From: Planctomycetota bacterium
GTDB taxonomy: Bacteria > Planctomycetota > Planctomycetia > Pirellulales > UBA7805
Length of the DNA: 64,000 nt
NCBI GenBank assembly: GCA_003389215.1
Contig: QQVP01000011.1
Location: 72,315 to 136,314 of the forward strand
Direction of reading: 5' to 3'
A program made the position numbers and the translations under genes. Position 1 is the first letter of the stretch. Every line of letters starts with the position of its first letter. Positions 7,239 through 17,100 of this stretch are shown here, piece after piece. The notes beneath the pieces were generated by a model. It had not been told where the DNA came from. It made no database searches and saw nothing but the letters and a program-made list of their open reading frames with translations.

Positions 7239-9007
7239 TGGCACACCCGTTGCTTTATGAGCGTTCGTCGCAACCAACTGTTTCGCTCGATCGCAACGCT
7301 GCCAGGAATCAAATCATGCACAACGCCACGCTCAATAACTCGAATACAAGTAATGGTCACCGCGTCGCGACTGAAGGCGACGAAACGCGTCTGCATAGTC
7401 GCATGAGTTTGAATCTTGTCGTCACTGATCCGGAGGTCTGTTCAGAACTTCGCACCTTTGATTCCGATGATGAAAGGAATCGCTACGCCCTTGCTGCGCT
7501 CAGAATCGGTGTCCACGCTATGCGTCAGGCAAGCGGCGTGATCGATGCCACGACTGTTCGAGACGAAGGCACCCGCATCGTGCAGTCGCTGCGCGATGTG
7601 TTGACGGATCACGCTAGCCGTTGCACGGGCGACATTGCCAATTCACTGAAGGGGTATTTTGATCCCGATTCGGGCCAGCTCACCCAGAGATTGAACTGTC
7701 TGGTCAAACGCGACGGTGAATTGGATGAGCTCCTGCATCGACACCTCGGGGACGATTCCTCGACGGTTGCCCAGACGCTGGCGACGCACGTTGGTGAGCA
7801 AAGCCCATTGTTCAAAATGCTCTCGCCAGAGCAGGCTGATGGCCTGATTGCATCCCTCCGTGAAGTCATTCAAGTCGCGTTGCGTTCGCAGCGCGACCAG
7901 ATCGTCCAAAACTTTTCGCTCGACGATAAATCCTCCGCACTGTCCCGCTTGCTCGCCGAAGTCACAGATGCCAATGGGGCACTGCGTAAAGGGCTTGCCG
8001 AGGATGTGGCCGAAGTACGCAATGAGTTTTCTCTCGACAATGAAGATGGTGCGCTCGCCCGGCTTGTCAAACGCGTCGAAGCAGCACAGACAGAAATCTC
8101 CGATCAGTTTTCACAGGACAACGAAGACTCTGCCATGTCGCGAATGGCACGTCTGCTTGAGACGGTCAATGGAACGGTTAAGGGTAGCCTGACGCTCGAC
8201 GATGAAAACTCGCCCCTGTCGCTGCTGCGACGCCAGTTGCTGGAAGTCATCGGGCAGATCGAGAAATCGAACACCCAATTCCATACCGAGATTCGCGAGA
8301 CAGTAGCGGCCCTGAAGGCTCGCAAACAGGAGAAGGCACGTTCGACCCGTCACGGCGACGACTTTCAGGACGCTGTAGGCGAATTCGTAGAGACTGATGC
8401 CAGAAACCGAGGCGACATTTGCGATAACACAACCTGCAAAGTCGGTCGGATTCCTCGATCAAAGACCGGGGATTTCGTGGTAACGATGGGGCCGGAATCG
8501 GCAGCAGCCGGGGGCTCGATCGTTATCGAGGCCAAACAGGAACAGGGTTACGACCTCAAGTCGATCTTGACTGAGATCGCGCAGGCCAGAACCAACCGCG
8601 ACGCAGCTGTTGGAATCTTCGTGCTGTCGTCGCTGGCAGCTCCAGAAGAGATGGAGCCGCTGGCCCGTTACGGCAACGACATTGTCATTGTCTGGGATGC
8701 AGAAGATCCACTGACGGACGTTGTACTGAATGCCGCCCTCTCGCTCGCTCGCGGACTTATCGCTGGTCAGTCGGTCGCATCCAAAGAGCGTGCTGCTGAT
8801 CTCAGCGAACTGGACAAGGCAATGCAGCGGATCGCCAAAGATGCAGGGAGCCTTGGAGACATCATCACCTGGTCGACGACCGTTGAAAACAACGGCAACA
8901 AGATCAGGACCAAAGCCGAGCGACTGAAACAGGATCTTGAAAACCAGGTTGAGCGAATAGACGAACACCTCGGGCGTCTTCGTGCCGAGTCAGCGATGAG
9001 CGCCTAA
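7238..9007 (+). CDS. Repeat-rich coiled-coil protein with C-terminal PD-(D/E)xK-like nuclease motif (RmuC/DUF2130-like architecture; family not identified)
   Basis: Frame of ORF 7166..9007. Candidate starts are ATG 7238 (TAATG overlap with the upstream stop), ATG 7316 (AGGA at 7303-7306; first in-frame ATG after the putative sigma54 start site) or ATG 7403. The C-terminus shows GDFVVTMGPES…GSIVIEAKQEQGY (D…EAK). Confidence 0.7.
   Translation: MAHPLLYERSSQPTVSLDRNAARNQIMHNATLNNSNTSNGHRVATEGDETRLHSRMSLNLVVTDPEVCSELRTFDSDDERNRYALAALRIGVHAMRQASGVIDATTVRDEGTRIVQSLRDVLTDHASRCTGDIANSLKGYFDPDSGQLTQRLNCLVKRDGELDELLHRHLGDDSSTVAQTLATHVGEQSPLFKMLSPEQADGLIASLREVIQVALRSQRDQIVQNFSLDDKSSALSRLLAEVTDANGALRKGLAEDVAEVRNEFSLDNEDGALARLVKRVEAAQTEISDQFSQDNEDSAMSRMARLLETVNGTVKGSLTLDDENSPLSLLRRQLLEVIGQIEKSNTQFHTEIRETVAALKARKQEKARSTRHGDDFQDAVGEFVETDARNRGDICDNTTCKVGRIPRSKTGDFVVTMGPESAAAGGSIVIEAKQEQGYDLKSILTEIAQARTNRDAAVGIFVLSSLAAPEEMEPLARYGNDIVIVWDAEDPLTDVVLNAALSLARGLIAGQSVASKERAADLSELDKAMQRIAKDAGSLGDIITWSTTVENNGNKIRTKAERLKQDLENQVERIDEHLGRLRAESAMSA
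7239..7254 (+). promoter_or_regulatory. Sigma54 (-24/-12) promoter consensus TGGCACacccgTTGCT
   Basis: Exact match to TGGCAC-N5-TTGC. It starts 1 nt after the last base of the activator stop codon (TAA 7236-7238). It is the only exact match I noticed in the window. Confidence 0.5.
7913..8227 (+). repeat. Four degenerate in-frame repeats encoding FSLDDKSSALSRL / FSLDNEDGALARL / FSQDNEDSAMSRM / LTLDDENSPLSLL
   Basis: Repeat starts are at 7913, 8027, 8108 and 8189 (spacing 114, 81 and 81 nt). Weaker upstream copies (YFDPDSGQLTQRL, LGDDSSTVAQTL) suggest the array begins near 7655. Confidence 0.8.
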
Positions 9008-9022
9008 AGGGGAACAGAGCGA

Positions 9023-11404
9023 ATGCCACTGAACGAAAAGGAAACCTGCAAGCAGCTGATTGAACCCGCGCTCGAATCATTGGGCTGGGATTTCGAAGGG
9101 CAACTGCGCATTGGTCCTGGCCGCGTAAATTTCAGCGGCGACAGCGCGGACTCAATGTATGATCCCACTCAGGCGATCATTGCAGATTATCTTTTGCGTT
9201 ACCGTGGCGTCCCCTTGGCGATTCTGGAAGCTAAGGGCGAATCGGAAGATGCCGAAGATGGCATGCAGCAGGCATCGCGATATGCCGATCGCCTGATGAT
9301 CCGGCACTCCATCGCATCCAATGGCCGCGAGTGGATTCTTACCGACAACAAGACCGGTGAATACGAGTCGCTTTCTGCTCCGCCATCCCCGCTGGACATC
9401 GTCAGCCGGATGGGCGTGACCATTGACTGGGATCGCTGGGAAGGTGCATTCACAGCCAACTTTCATGTCGACCAAGTGACTCGCAAGAGGACTCGCCCCT
9501 ATCAGGAAATGGCGATCGCGCAGACGCTCTGGGAATTCGCCCAGGGACGCGACCGCGCCCTGCTCCTGATGGCGACCGGAACTGGAAAAACCTTCACCGT
9601 ATTCCAGCTCATCTGGAAGCTGATGAATGGCGGTGCGCTCAGTCGGCAGCATGTTCTGTTCCTGACGGATCGCAACAGCCTGAAGGACCAGGCATACCGA
9701 GCATTCAACGCGTTTGATGCCAATGAGCGTGTGACCATCGACAAGGCGACAGTCGTCGACGGCAAGCACCAGGTCGGTAAGCTGTTCTTCGCCAATTACC
9801 AGAACCTCGACGAGGATCTGGACGGCAAGAAGGTCTACGAACACTACGATTCGGACTTCTTCGACCTTGTCGTTGTCGATGAGTGTCACCGTAGCGGCTT
9901 CGGTGACTGGTTCGGAGTGCTGGAACACTTCGGCGACGCATTGCAGCTTGGTCTCACCGCCACGCCTCGCGACCTGGAGGAGTCCAAGCGACCGCTGACT
10001 CCCGAGGAGCAGCGTCGCGATACGTATCACTATTTCGGCGAGCCGATCTTCACGTACAGCCTGCGTCGAGCGATCGACGACGGCTATCTCGTGCCGTACC
10101 TGCTCGAAGAGCGCGTCACCAACATTGACGAGGATGGGTACACGGCCGAAGACGGCAAACACTACGAAACGAAGAACTTCGAGCGTGACATCGTCATCCC
10201 CGATCGCACCAAAGCCATCGCCTCCGATTTGTGGGACGTCTTCGGCAAGTACGATCTGCGTGACGAGAAAACCATCATCTTCTGCGTAAATGACACACAC
10301 GCGTCGCTGATGGCGGCGGAACTGCGTCGGCTCTCCGGTGATACCAACTACGCGGCCCGCATCACGCGGTCAGAACGCAACAGCCACCAGTTGGAACGCA
10401 ACTTTGCGGTCGTTGGCAGCGGGAAACCGCGCGTTGCCTGCACGGTCGACCTATTGACCACCGGTTTCGATGCCCCGGACGTCAAAAACGTCGTCTTCGT
10501 GCGTCCGCTCAAGAGTGCCATCCTTTACAAGCAGATGAAAGGGCGTGGCACGCGGCTCTGCGAAGACGTCAACAAGCGTTACTTCACGATCTTCGACTAC
10601 TCCGGTGCCAGTGCCCTGGAAGATGCCGAGTTCGACGGTCATCCCGCGAACAAGCAGAAGGGCACGCTGTCCAAGTCCAAGCCGACGAAGAAGAAGGGCA
10701 AGGATGACGAGCCGGAAACACCGAAGCCGGTGGCGGAAAATGTCCACGTCGTCATGTCGACGACCAACCGCAGCATATCCTTCGGCGACGGACAATGGAT
10801 GCCGTTCGAGGAGTATGCGGCGAAATCAAAAGAGTTCATCCAGACGGTGTCGAGCAGGGACATAAGCCAGTTGCTGGCGATCTGGATCGACAAAAAGAGC
10901 CGCAAGGAACTGCGCGAGGAACTCGGCGATCAGGACATCTACACCTCAGCGTTCCGCCACTACCTGGAACTGCCAGATACGGACGATGTCGACATCCTCG
11001 CCAAGATCGGATTCGACCTGTTTCAGGTTCCGACGCGCAACGACCGGGTTGCGCGATTCTGGGATGAAGAGAACTCTTGGTACGAAACACAGTTCGGCCT
11101 GACGCTCCCGCGTCAGTCCGGTGGCATTCAAACTGGCAGCGAAGATTTCAGCATGGCCGCTGAAGACAGAGGTGCCTTCGAGATTGGCGATAACTGGAAG
11201 GTCGACTTCTGGCGGACTGCTCTTGACCACTACTCGCTGTTCGGCATCGACGATCTGGAGCAGGCACGGACCTACGCGGCTCCCCAGTTTGTCGACCAGT
11301 TTGGCAGCTTTCAGTCACTGACCACCCGCTACGGCGGAGCCCAACTTTTGAAATCAGATCTGGAGGAGGTCAAGGAGCACTTGTACGTGCCCATGGCCAA
11401 TTAG
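9023..11404 (+). CDS. hsdR: Type I restriction enzyme R subunit
   Basis: 793 aa. N-terminal nuclease motif ADYLLRYRGVPLAILEAKGE. SF2 motor motifs LLMATGTGKTFT (I), VVVDECHRS (II), GLTATP (III) and QMKGRGTR (VI). It lies 15 nt after the preceding gene and is followed by hsdM and hsdS. Confidence 0.9.
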   Translation: MPLNEKETCKQLIEPALESLGWDFEGQLRIGPGRVNFSGDSADSMYDPTQAIIADYLLRYRGVPLAILEAKGESEDAEDGMQQASRYADRLMIRHSIASNGREWILTDNKTGEYESLSAPPSPLDIVSRMGVTIDWDRWEGAFTANFHVDQVTRKRTRPYQEMAIAQTLWEFAQGRDRALLLMATGTGKTFTVFQLIWKLMNGGALSRQHVLFLTDRNSLKDQAYRAFNAFDANERVTIDKATVVDGKHQVGKLFFANYQNLDEDLDGKKVYEHYDSDFFDLVVVDECHRSGFGDWFGVLEHFGDALQLGLTATPRDLEESKRPLTPEEQRRDTYHYFGEPIFTYSLRRAIDDGYLVPYLLEERVTNIDEDGYTAEDGKHYETKNFERDIVIPDRTKAIASDLWDVFGKYDLRDEKTIIFCVNDTHASLMAAELRRLSGDTNYAARITRSERNSHQLERNFAVVGSGKPRVACTVDLLTTGFDAPDVKNVVFVRPLKSAILYKQMKGRGTRLCEDVNKRYFTIFDYSGASALEDAEFDGHPANKQKGTLSKSKPTKKKGKDDEPETPKPVAENVHVVMSTTNRSISFGDGQWMPFEEYAAKSKEFIQTVSSRDISQLLAIWIDKKSRKELREELGDQDIYTSAFRHYLELPDTDDVDILAKIGFDLFQVPTRNDRVARFWDEENSWYETQFGLTLPRQSGGIQTGSEDFSMAAEDRGAFEIGDNWKVDFWRTALDHYSLFGIDDLEQARTYAAPQFVDQFGSFQSLTTRYGGAQLLKSDLEEVKEHLYVPMAN

Positions 11405-11414
11405 AAAGACATCC

Positions 11415-12953
11415 ATGAGCAAAGCGAAAACCAAGAACGGAAACGGCTCGGTCGACAGTCGTCGGCAGGAGGTTCGGCAGATCGTCAAGAATGCTTGCGA
11501 TCAGCTGAACTCTGAAGGAGTCGATGCCCGCAACTACGTCGAACAGCTGGCCTGGCTGTTCTTCCTCAAGGCTTTTGACGAAGCCGAAACGCGGCGAGAA
11601 GAAGAAGCCGCATTTGATGACACTGGTTACGAACGCCGTCTGTCCGGCCAGTACGCCTGGTCATCGTGGGCGGCGAAGACGGACCATCCTGATGAGATGC
11701 TGGAGTTTGTCGACGGCAAGCTGTGGATCAAGCTGACCAGCCCCGATCCCAAGAAGGGCTTGGGGGACGATCCATTAGCTGAACGGTTTCGCCGCGTCTT
11801 CGACAACGTCCGCAACTACTGTCGTCGCGGTGCGTCATTCGCGAGAGTCGTAGCACAGGTCAACAAGCTGCATTTCAGCAGCGACACTGACGTGCATGTG
11901 CTGTCGGAGATTTACGAAGACCTGCTCAAACGGGTTGCAGCGGACAGCGCAGGCTATGCGGGTGAGTTCTATACCCAGCGGCACATCATTCGAGCGATGG
12001 TCGAAGTCGTTCATCCGCAGGTAGGCGACAAGGTCTACGACCCCTGTTTCGGTACGTGCGGTTTTCTGGGTGAAGCCGCCGATTACATGCGAGATCCAGA
12101 GCGGAACCCGAAGGCGAAGCAGCTGAGCGGTCGTGATCTGGAGAAATTGCAGTCGAAGACATTCTACGGCCTGGAGATCAAGCCGCTCACGTATCTGCTC
12201 GGCACGATGAACATGATCCTGCATGGGATCGAGTCAGCCAACCTGGAACTGGCCAACACGCTGGAAGTTCACAGCGACAACATCTCCGAGAAGGACCGGT
12301 ACGACGTGATCCTTTCCAATCCACCTTACGGTGGAAAGATGGCGCCTGAGTTGCAGACTAACTTTCGGGTTCGTTCAGCCGCCACCGAATGCCTGTTCCT
12401 GCAGCACATCATGCGGAACCTCGCCAGGGGTGGTCGAGCCGCCGTGATTATTCCTGAGGGCGTCCTGTTTCGTGGTGGCCCCGATCAGAAGGTGCGTCAG
12501 GAACTGCTCGAACATTTCAAAGTGCACACCATCCTGTCGCTTCCGGCTGGTTGCTTCCTGCCATACACCGGCGTGAAGACCAACGTGCTTTTCTTCGATC
12601 GCCCTGAAGCCGAGCCCAAGCCGGGCAAGTTGGCGACGAAGGACGTCTGGTATTACGAGCTGACCAACGACGGGTTCGAGTTGAAGCAAACGCGTCGCCC
12701 GATCGACGGCGATCAGCTTCCCGACTTCCTCACAAAGTGGAAGAAGCGGACCGAGGGGGACAACTCCTGGAGAGTGCCAGTCGCTGAGATCATCGAACGC
12801 GGCTACGACCTGTCTGCCAAGAATCCGAACCACAAAGATGACTACGAGCATCGACCCGCGCTCGAATTGGTTCAGTCGATCCGTGCCAAAGAAGAACGGA
12901 TCATGGATCTGCTTGGCGAGCTGGAAGCCATTTTGGAGGGTGACGATGCCTAA
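11415..12953 (+). CDS. hsdM: Type I R-M N6-adenine DNA methyltransferase subunit
   Basis: 512 aa with an HsdM_N-like N-terminus, the AdoMet motif VYDPCFGTCGFL and the catalytic motif ILSNPPYGG. Confidence 0.92.
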   Translation: MSKAKTKNGNGSVDSRRQEVRQIVKNACDQLNSEGVDARNYVEQLAWLFFLKAFDEAETRREEEAAFDDTGYERRLSGQYAWSSWAAKTDHPDEMLEFVDGKLWIKLTSPDPKKGLGDDPLAERFRRVFDNVRNYCRRGASFARVVAQVNKLHFSSDTDVHVLSEIYEDLLKRVAADSAGYAGEFYTQRHIIRAMVEVVHPQVGDKVYDPCFGTCGFLGEAADYMRDPERNPKAKQLSGRDLEKLQSKTFYGLEIKPLTYLLGTMNMILHGIESANLELANTLEVHSDNISEKDRYDVILSNPPYGGKMAPELQTNFRVRSAATECLFLQHIMRNLARGGRAAVIIPEGVLFRGGPDQKVRQELLEHFKVHTILSLPAGCFLPYTGVKTNVLFFDRPEAEPKPGKLATKDVWYYELTNDGFELKQTRRPIDGDQLPDFLTKWKKRTEGDNSWRVPVAEIIERGYDLSAKNPNHKDDYEHRPALELVQSIRAKEERIMDLLGELEAILEGDDA

Positions 12954-14124
12954 ATGGCCAACCAAGCCTCTCGGCGAACTTTGCCAGCTCATCAATGGCC
13001 GAGCGTTCAAGCCCAGCGATTGGGGCAAAGAAGGGTTGCGCATTGTTCGGATACAGAATCTCAATGATCACGCAAAACCTTTCAATCATTTTGCGGGCGA
13101 CTACAGCGAGAAGCACTACATCGACGACGGGGAAATCCTGCTTTCATGGTCGGGAACTCCCGGAACTTCCTTTGGCTGCTTTCGATGGCAGCGAGGACCA
13201 GGATTGCTCAACCAGCACATTTTCAGGGTGGAGGTTGCGGATTCGATCATCGACGGCGACTTCTTCATCTACGCCGTGAATAGCAAGCTCGACGAAATGA
13301 TTCGACAAGCGCATGGGGGCGTTGGCCTTCGTCACATTACGAAAGGGAAACTGGAAGCAATTACCCTTCCTGTGCCATCACTAGAGGAGCAGCGAAGAAC
13401 CGTAAACAAGATCAACGAATGCCTCACACGAGTGACCGAAATTGAGAGGCTTCGCCTTGAGTCGCTTACGGAAGCAGAGGTGTTGGCCCCGTCGCTCTAC
13501 GAGGCAATTGAAGGGGATGGTAAATGGCCGCGTCGGCCCGTTGGTGAAATCATCCGTCAATCTCGTAACGGACGATCCATCAAACAAGGGAATGGATCCA
13601 GTAATGGCCGTGTTCTCACTCTAACAGCGGTTCGCGAAGTGTCTCTCGACTTTGATGCCGGTAAGGCGGTTTCAATACCTGATGATGTTGCATCGCAGTT
13701 TTCGATCTCTGCTGGCGATGTATTTGTGTCGCGGTCGAATACGCGAGACCTTGTGGGCTTGTCATCCGTAGCAGAAGAGACTCCTAAAGAACGACTCATT
13801 TACCCGGATCTACTGATCAAATTGACCCCAAGTCTTGACGTCATTCGACCAAGGTTTCTGGCATATGCGCTGAGAGCATCGGATAGCCGCAGGCAAATCA
13901 AAGAGAGAGCCCTCGGTAGCAGCCAAACGATGGTCAAGATTTCTGGTGAGCGGCTGAAAGAGGTAGCGATTCCAGTACCGCCACTGGATCGCCAAGACGC
14001 GATTATCGGTCAGTTTGATCAACTGCACGACTTAGCGGCATCCATTCTTAGTGGCATGCGATCTGTCGAATTTCATCGAGTCCGAGAATCCGTACTTCGC
14101 AAAGCCTTTGCAGGGGAGCTGTAA
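12946..14124 (+). CDS. hsdS: Type I R-M specificity subunit with two target-recognition domains
   Basis: I prefer the ATG at 12946 (MPKWPTKPLGELCQLINGRAFKP…), which overlaps the hsdM stop by 8 nt, over the 12838 start of the ORF track. Two TRDs are each followed by a conserved helix (LPVPSLEEQRRTVNKI and IPVPPLDRQDAIIGQF). Confidence 0.88.
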   Translation: MPKWPTKPLGELCQLINGRAFKPSDWGKEGLRIVRIQNLNDHAKPFNHFAGDYSEKHYIDDGEILLSWSGTPGTSFGCFRWQRGPGLLNQHIFRVEVADSIIDGDFFIYAVNSKLDEMIRQAHGGVGLRHITKGKLEAITLPVPSLEEQRRTVNKINECLTRVTEIERLRLESLTEAEVLAPSLYEAIEGDGKWPRRPVGEIIRQSRNGRSIKQGNGSSNGRVLTLTAVREVSLDFDAGKAVSIPDDVASQFSISAGDVFVSRSNTRDLVGLSSVAEETPKERLIYPDLLIKLTPSLDVIRPRFLAYALRASDSRRQIKERALGSSQTMVKISGERLKEVAIPVPPLDRQDAIIGQFDQLHDLAASILSGMRSVEFHRVRESVLRKAFAGEL

Positions 14125-14129
14125 TCAAC

Positions 14130-17100
14130 GTGGCTGACGTGTCGTCCCACAATGCGATCTGGCAAATGCTCGACCGAGTACGTGCCAATTCCCCGATCTC
14201 CGGCAGCGAGTTCGGTGTGGCACTCGCTGCCCTGATCTTTCTTCGCTGGGCCGATTTCGAGGAAGCCGAACGGGAAGCTATCGCCGCCTTCGACGACGTT
14301 GACTACGAACCCGTGCTCCCCGCCAAATTCCACTGGCGATCGTGGTGCAATATCCACGATCCCCGTGAGCTCGAATACCCCTTTCGAGAACTCCCCTCGG
14401 CGCTCGATCGCTTCTCCAATTCCCGCCACGACGCGATGGCCACTCAACTCCACCGCGTCGCTCCCGCCGTCGAGAAGCTGACTCGTTTACCTGCCGACAC
14501 TCTCGCCCACCTCATCCACTGGCTGGCCGACCAGCCCTTTGAGACTCCCAAAGACCGGCGAGCACTCCGCGACGTGCTGGATTTCGTGTTGCAGAACACC
14601 TACGACAAGTTTGCGGGACAGTTCTTTACGCCGATACAGATCGCGGCCCTGATGGTCGAGCTGGCCAAGCCGAAGTCAGGCGAATCGGTCTACGATCCGT
14701 GCTTTGGTTCCGCCGGCTTACTCACCGCAGCCCTGGAGATTGCGGAACACCGCGACCATGTGCGGCTAGGCGGTTCGACCTATGCGCCTGGCAAACAGCC
14801 TTTGCATCTCGCCGGTGTCGAGATCAATCAAGATGCGTACGTCATCGGCATGACACGGCTCGTACTCTCCGGTGTCAATGATCCTCAGATTGAGCTGGGG
14901 AACAGCCTCGAACGGCTGCCATCCAATAATCCCAACTCCGATGGCTTCGACATCGTCCTGGCGAATCCTCCTTGGGGCATGAAGGTCGAGCTGTACGGCC
15001 TGGATCACTACCCGATTCCAATAAAAGATTCATCGTCACTGTTTCTGCAACATGCGATCTCGCAACTTCGGCCTGGTGGGCGGGGCGTGGTAGTTGTTCC
15101 ACCAAGCCTGTTGTTTCGCTCCGGTCGCGAACAGCAACTCCGCGAATGGCTGCTTCATGAGAACACCGTTGAGGCAGTCGTCTCGATCCCGCGAGGCGCA
15201 TTCTCTCCGCATACGTCGATCGAAACCTGCTTGCTGCTGTTTCGTCGCGGAGGTACGACAAGGTCGGTACGGATGGTCAGCGCCGAATCAATCTTTGAGA
15301 AAAGCGACAAGAGTCAGATCGCAGCAGCCCCTTTTGTTTTGGCTGCGCAATTGGGTCATCACGTTCGTTCGCCTGAGCCGGGCCGCGAATGGTGGGACGT
15401 TGATATCGAAGAGCTGGCCGAACTCGACTACGACCTCACTCCTAAACGCCGGGACCGTAGCGGCCTCGAACTCATCCTGGATTCGCTTCCCAAAGAGGCG
15501 GAAATCCGTCTGCTCAAAGACTGTTGCACGGTGACAACCGGTCGCAATATCCGATCAAGCGATTTGACCCAGTCTCCACCGAGATCGAACTACGAACCAT
15601 CGGGCCAGACATTGTTCCCCGATGTTGAACAATCAGAGATCAATCCGCAAAGACCCTTCGAGTTTGCCGATACTCCGATTCCCTACATTCGCATTCGCGA
15701 TGTGGAAAAGGGACACGCGACCCGGGGTTCGTCATGGCTGATGCCTGCCGTCGCATCCACGATCGAATCGAAATGGAAGCTCCGCGCTGGAGACATCCTG
15801 CTGTCCAAGTCGGGCACGATTGGCAAAGCAGGCCTCGTTCGTAACGGAGCGGTGGGAGCAATCGCGGCGAATGGCTTCTTCGTCATCAGAGTCAAAGAAG
15901 GGACGATTGATCCGCATTACCTGCTTGCCTACCTGCAAAGCACTGAGGCCAATGCCTGGCTGGAGGATCGCGCACGAGGAACAGCCGCGAAACACCTTTC
16001 GGTTGCCTCGATCAAAGAGCTTCCGATCGCACTGCCGCCGCTACAGATCCAGCAACGCACGGCAGATCAGCACCGAAAGTTTGGTGTCGACGCACTGACA
16101 TATTTGGCGGAGCTACTCACTGAAGATGAGTCTGATTCCCTTGCGGCTGAGCTCAATGACTGGGTATCTCAAAATCTCAAGCGAGTTGAAAGCTACGAGG
16201 GTGATCCCGCCAGTCAGAATGTGCTGGAATTGCTTGAGGAAGTCGCAGACTCCCGCTGTCCAATCAACACCTGCAAAGATTGTAAGCACCCCTATTACCT
16301 GGACTACTCGACAAACTACATCGAGCCTCCAACCGATTACGCAAAGGGCATCGAGTCCCATTGCCTCGAATGTTGGCTGGGGCTTGAACCCAGGGCAGAC
16401 CATGTCGACTGCTTTGAGGACGAGACGCCGATTGGACCATGGGCAGTTGAGTTCAGAGGAGTAACGAAGCCCCTCGCAGGCGTTTCGAGCATCCCAGACC
16501 CGACGGCTCTGGTCAGCGTGCTTCAGCGAGTTGCATCGCAACTACGCGACACGGCTGCGCTCATCGATGGGAACCTGCCAAATCAGGAGCGAGCGAGGCT
16601 CCTTACGGGGCGAGTTGCCAGCCTCATCAATCGCTATACCCAGGCTTTGCTCGAAGACGCCAAGCTGGCAGTCGATGTCATATCGGCGACCGAAGATCAC
16701 TTTGGTGGGATTGACATTCGTCTTGAGATCCAAAACCGGGGTCGAGTTCCCCTACGCGATGTTCGGTTTTCAATGTACCCACCAATGGACGAGGTCGAGC
16801 CACGCGCAGTCGCGTTCATGCAACCGGGGCACCGTTATGAAATCCAGTTCCAGGGACAGAGTCAACGTCTTTCTGACGAAATAAGTGTCGCTGAAATGTG
16901 GTCTGATCCAGCTTGGACCATCAGCTGGACTGCAAGAGATCTCGCCGGGGAGGCTGTTGAAGGAACGCGAGACCTGAGCATTAGCCTTGGTTCCGATGAA
17001 ACTTGCCTGGAGAATGAGCAAGAATCGGCCGGAAACCTGGACAGCAGCCCTTACGTCTGCGGCGATCCTGTTACCCGAGAACGACACGATGTGTTCTTTG

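Noticed and set aside
9152-10300. ORF 9152..10300 (-, 382 aa), antisense to hsdR
   Set aside because: It is fully contained in the hsdR coding region, which has all the helicase motifs. It is a typical antisense shadow ORF in GC-rich DNA.
12838-12945. Longer hsdS start at 12838
   Set aside because: It would overlap hsdM by 116 nt. The ATG at 12946 gives the canonical HsdS N-terminus and an 8-nt overlap typical of hsdM-hsdS coupling.
12375-13064. ORF 12375..13064 (-, 229 aa), antisense to hsdM/hsdS
   Set aside because: Same reasoning as above. It has no motifs and overlaps two well-supported genes.
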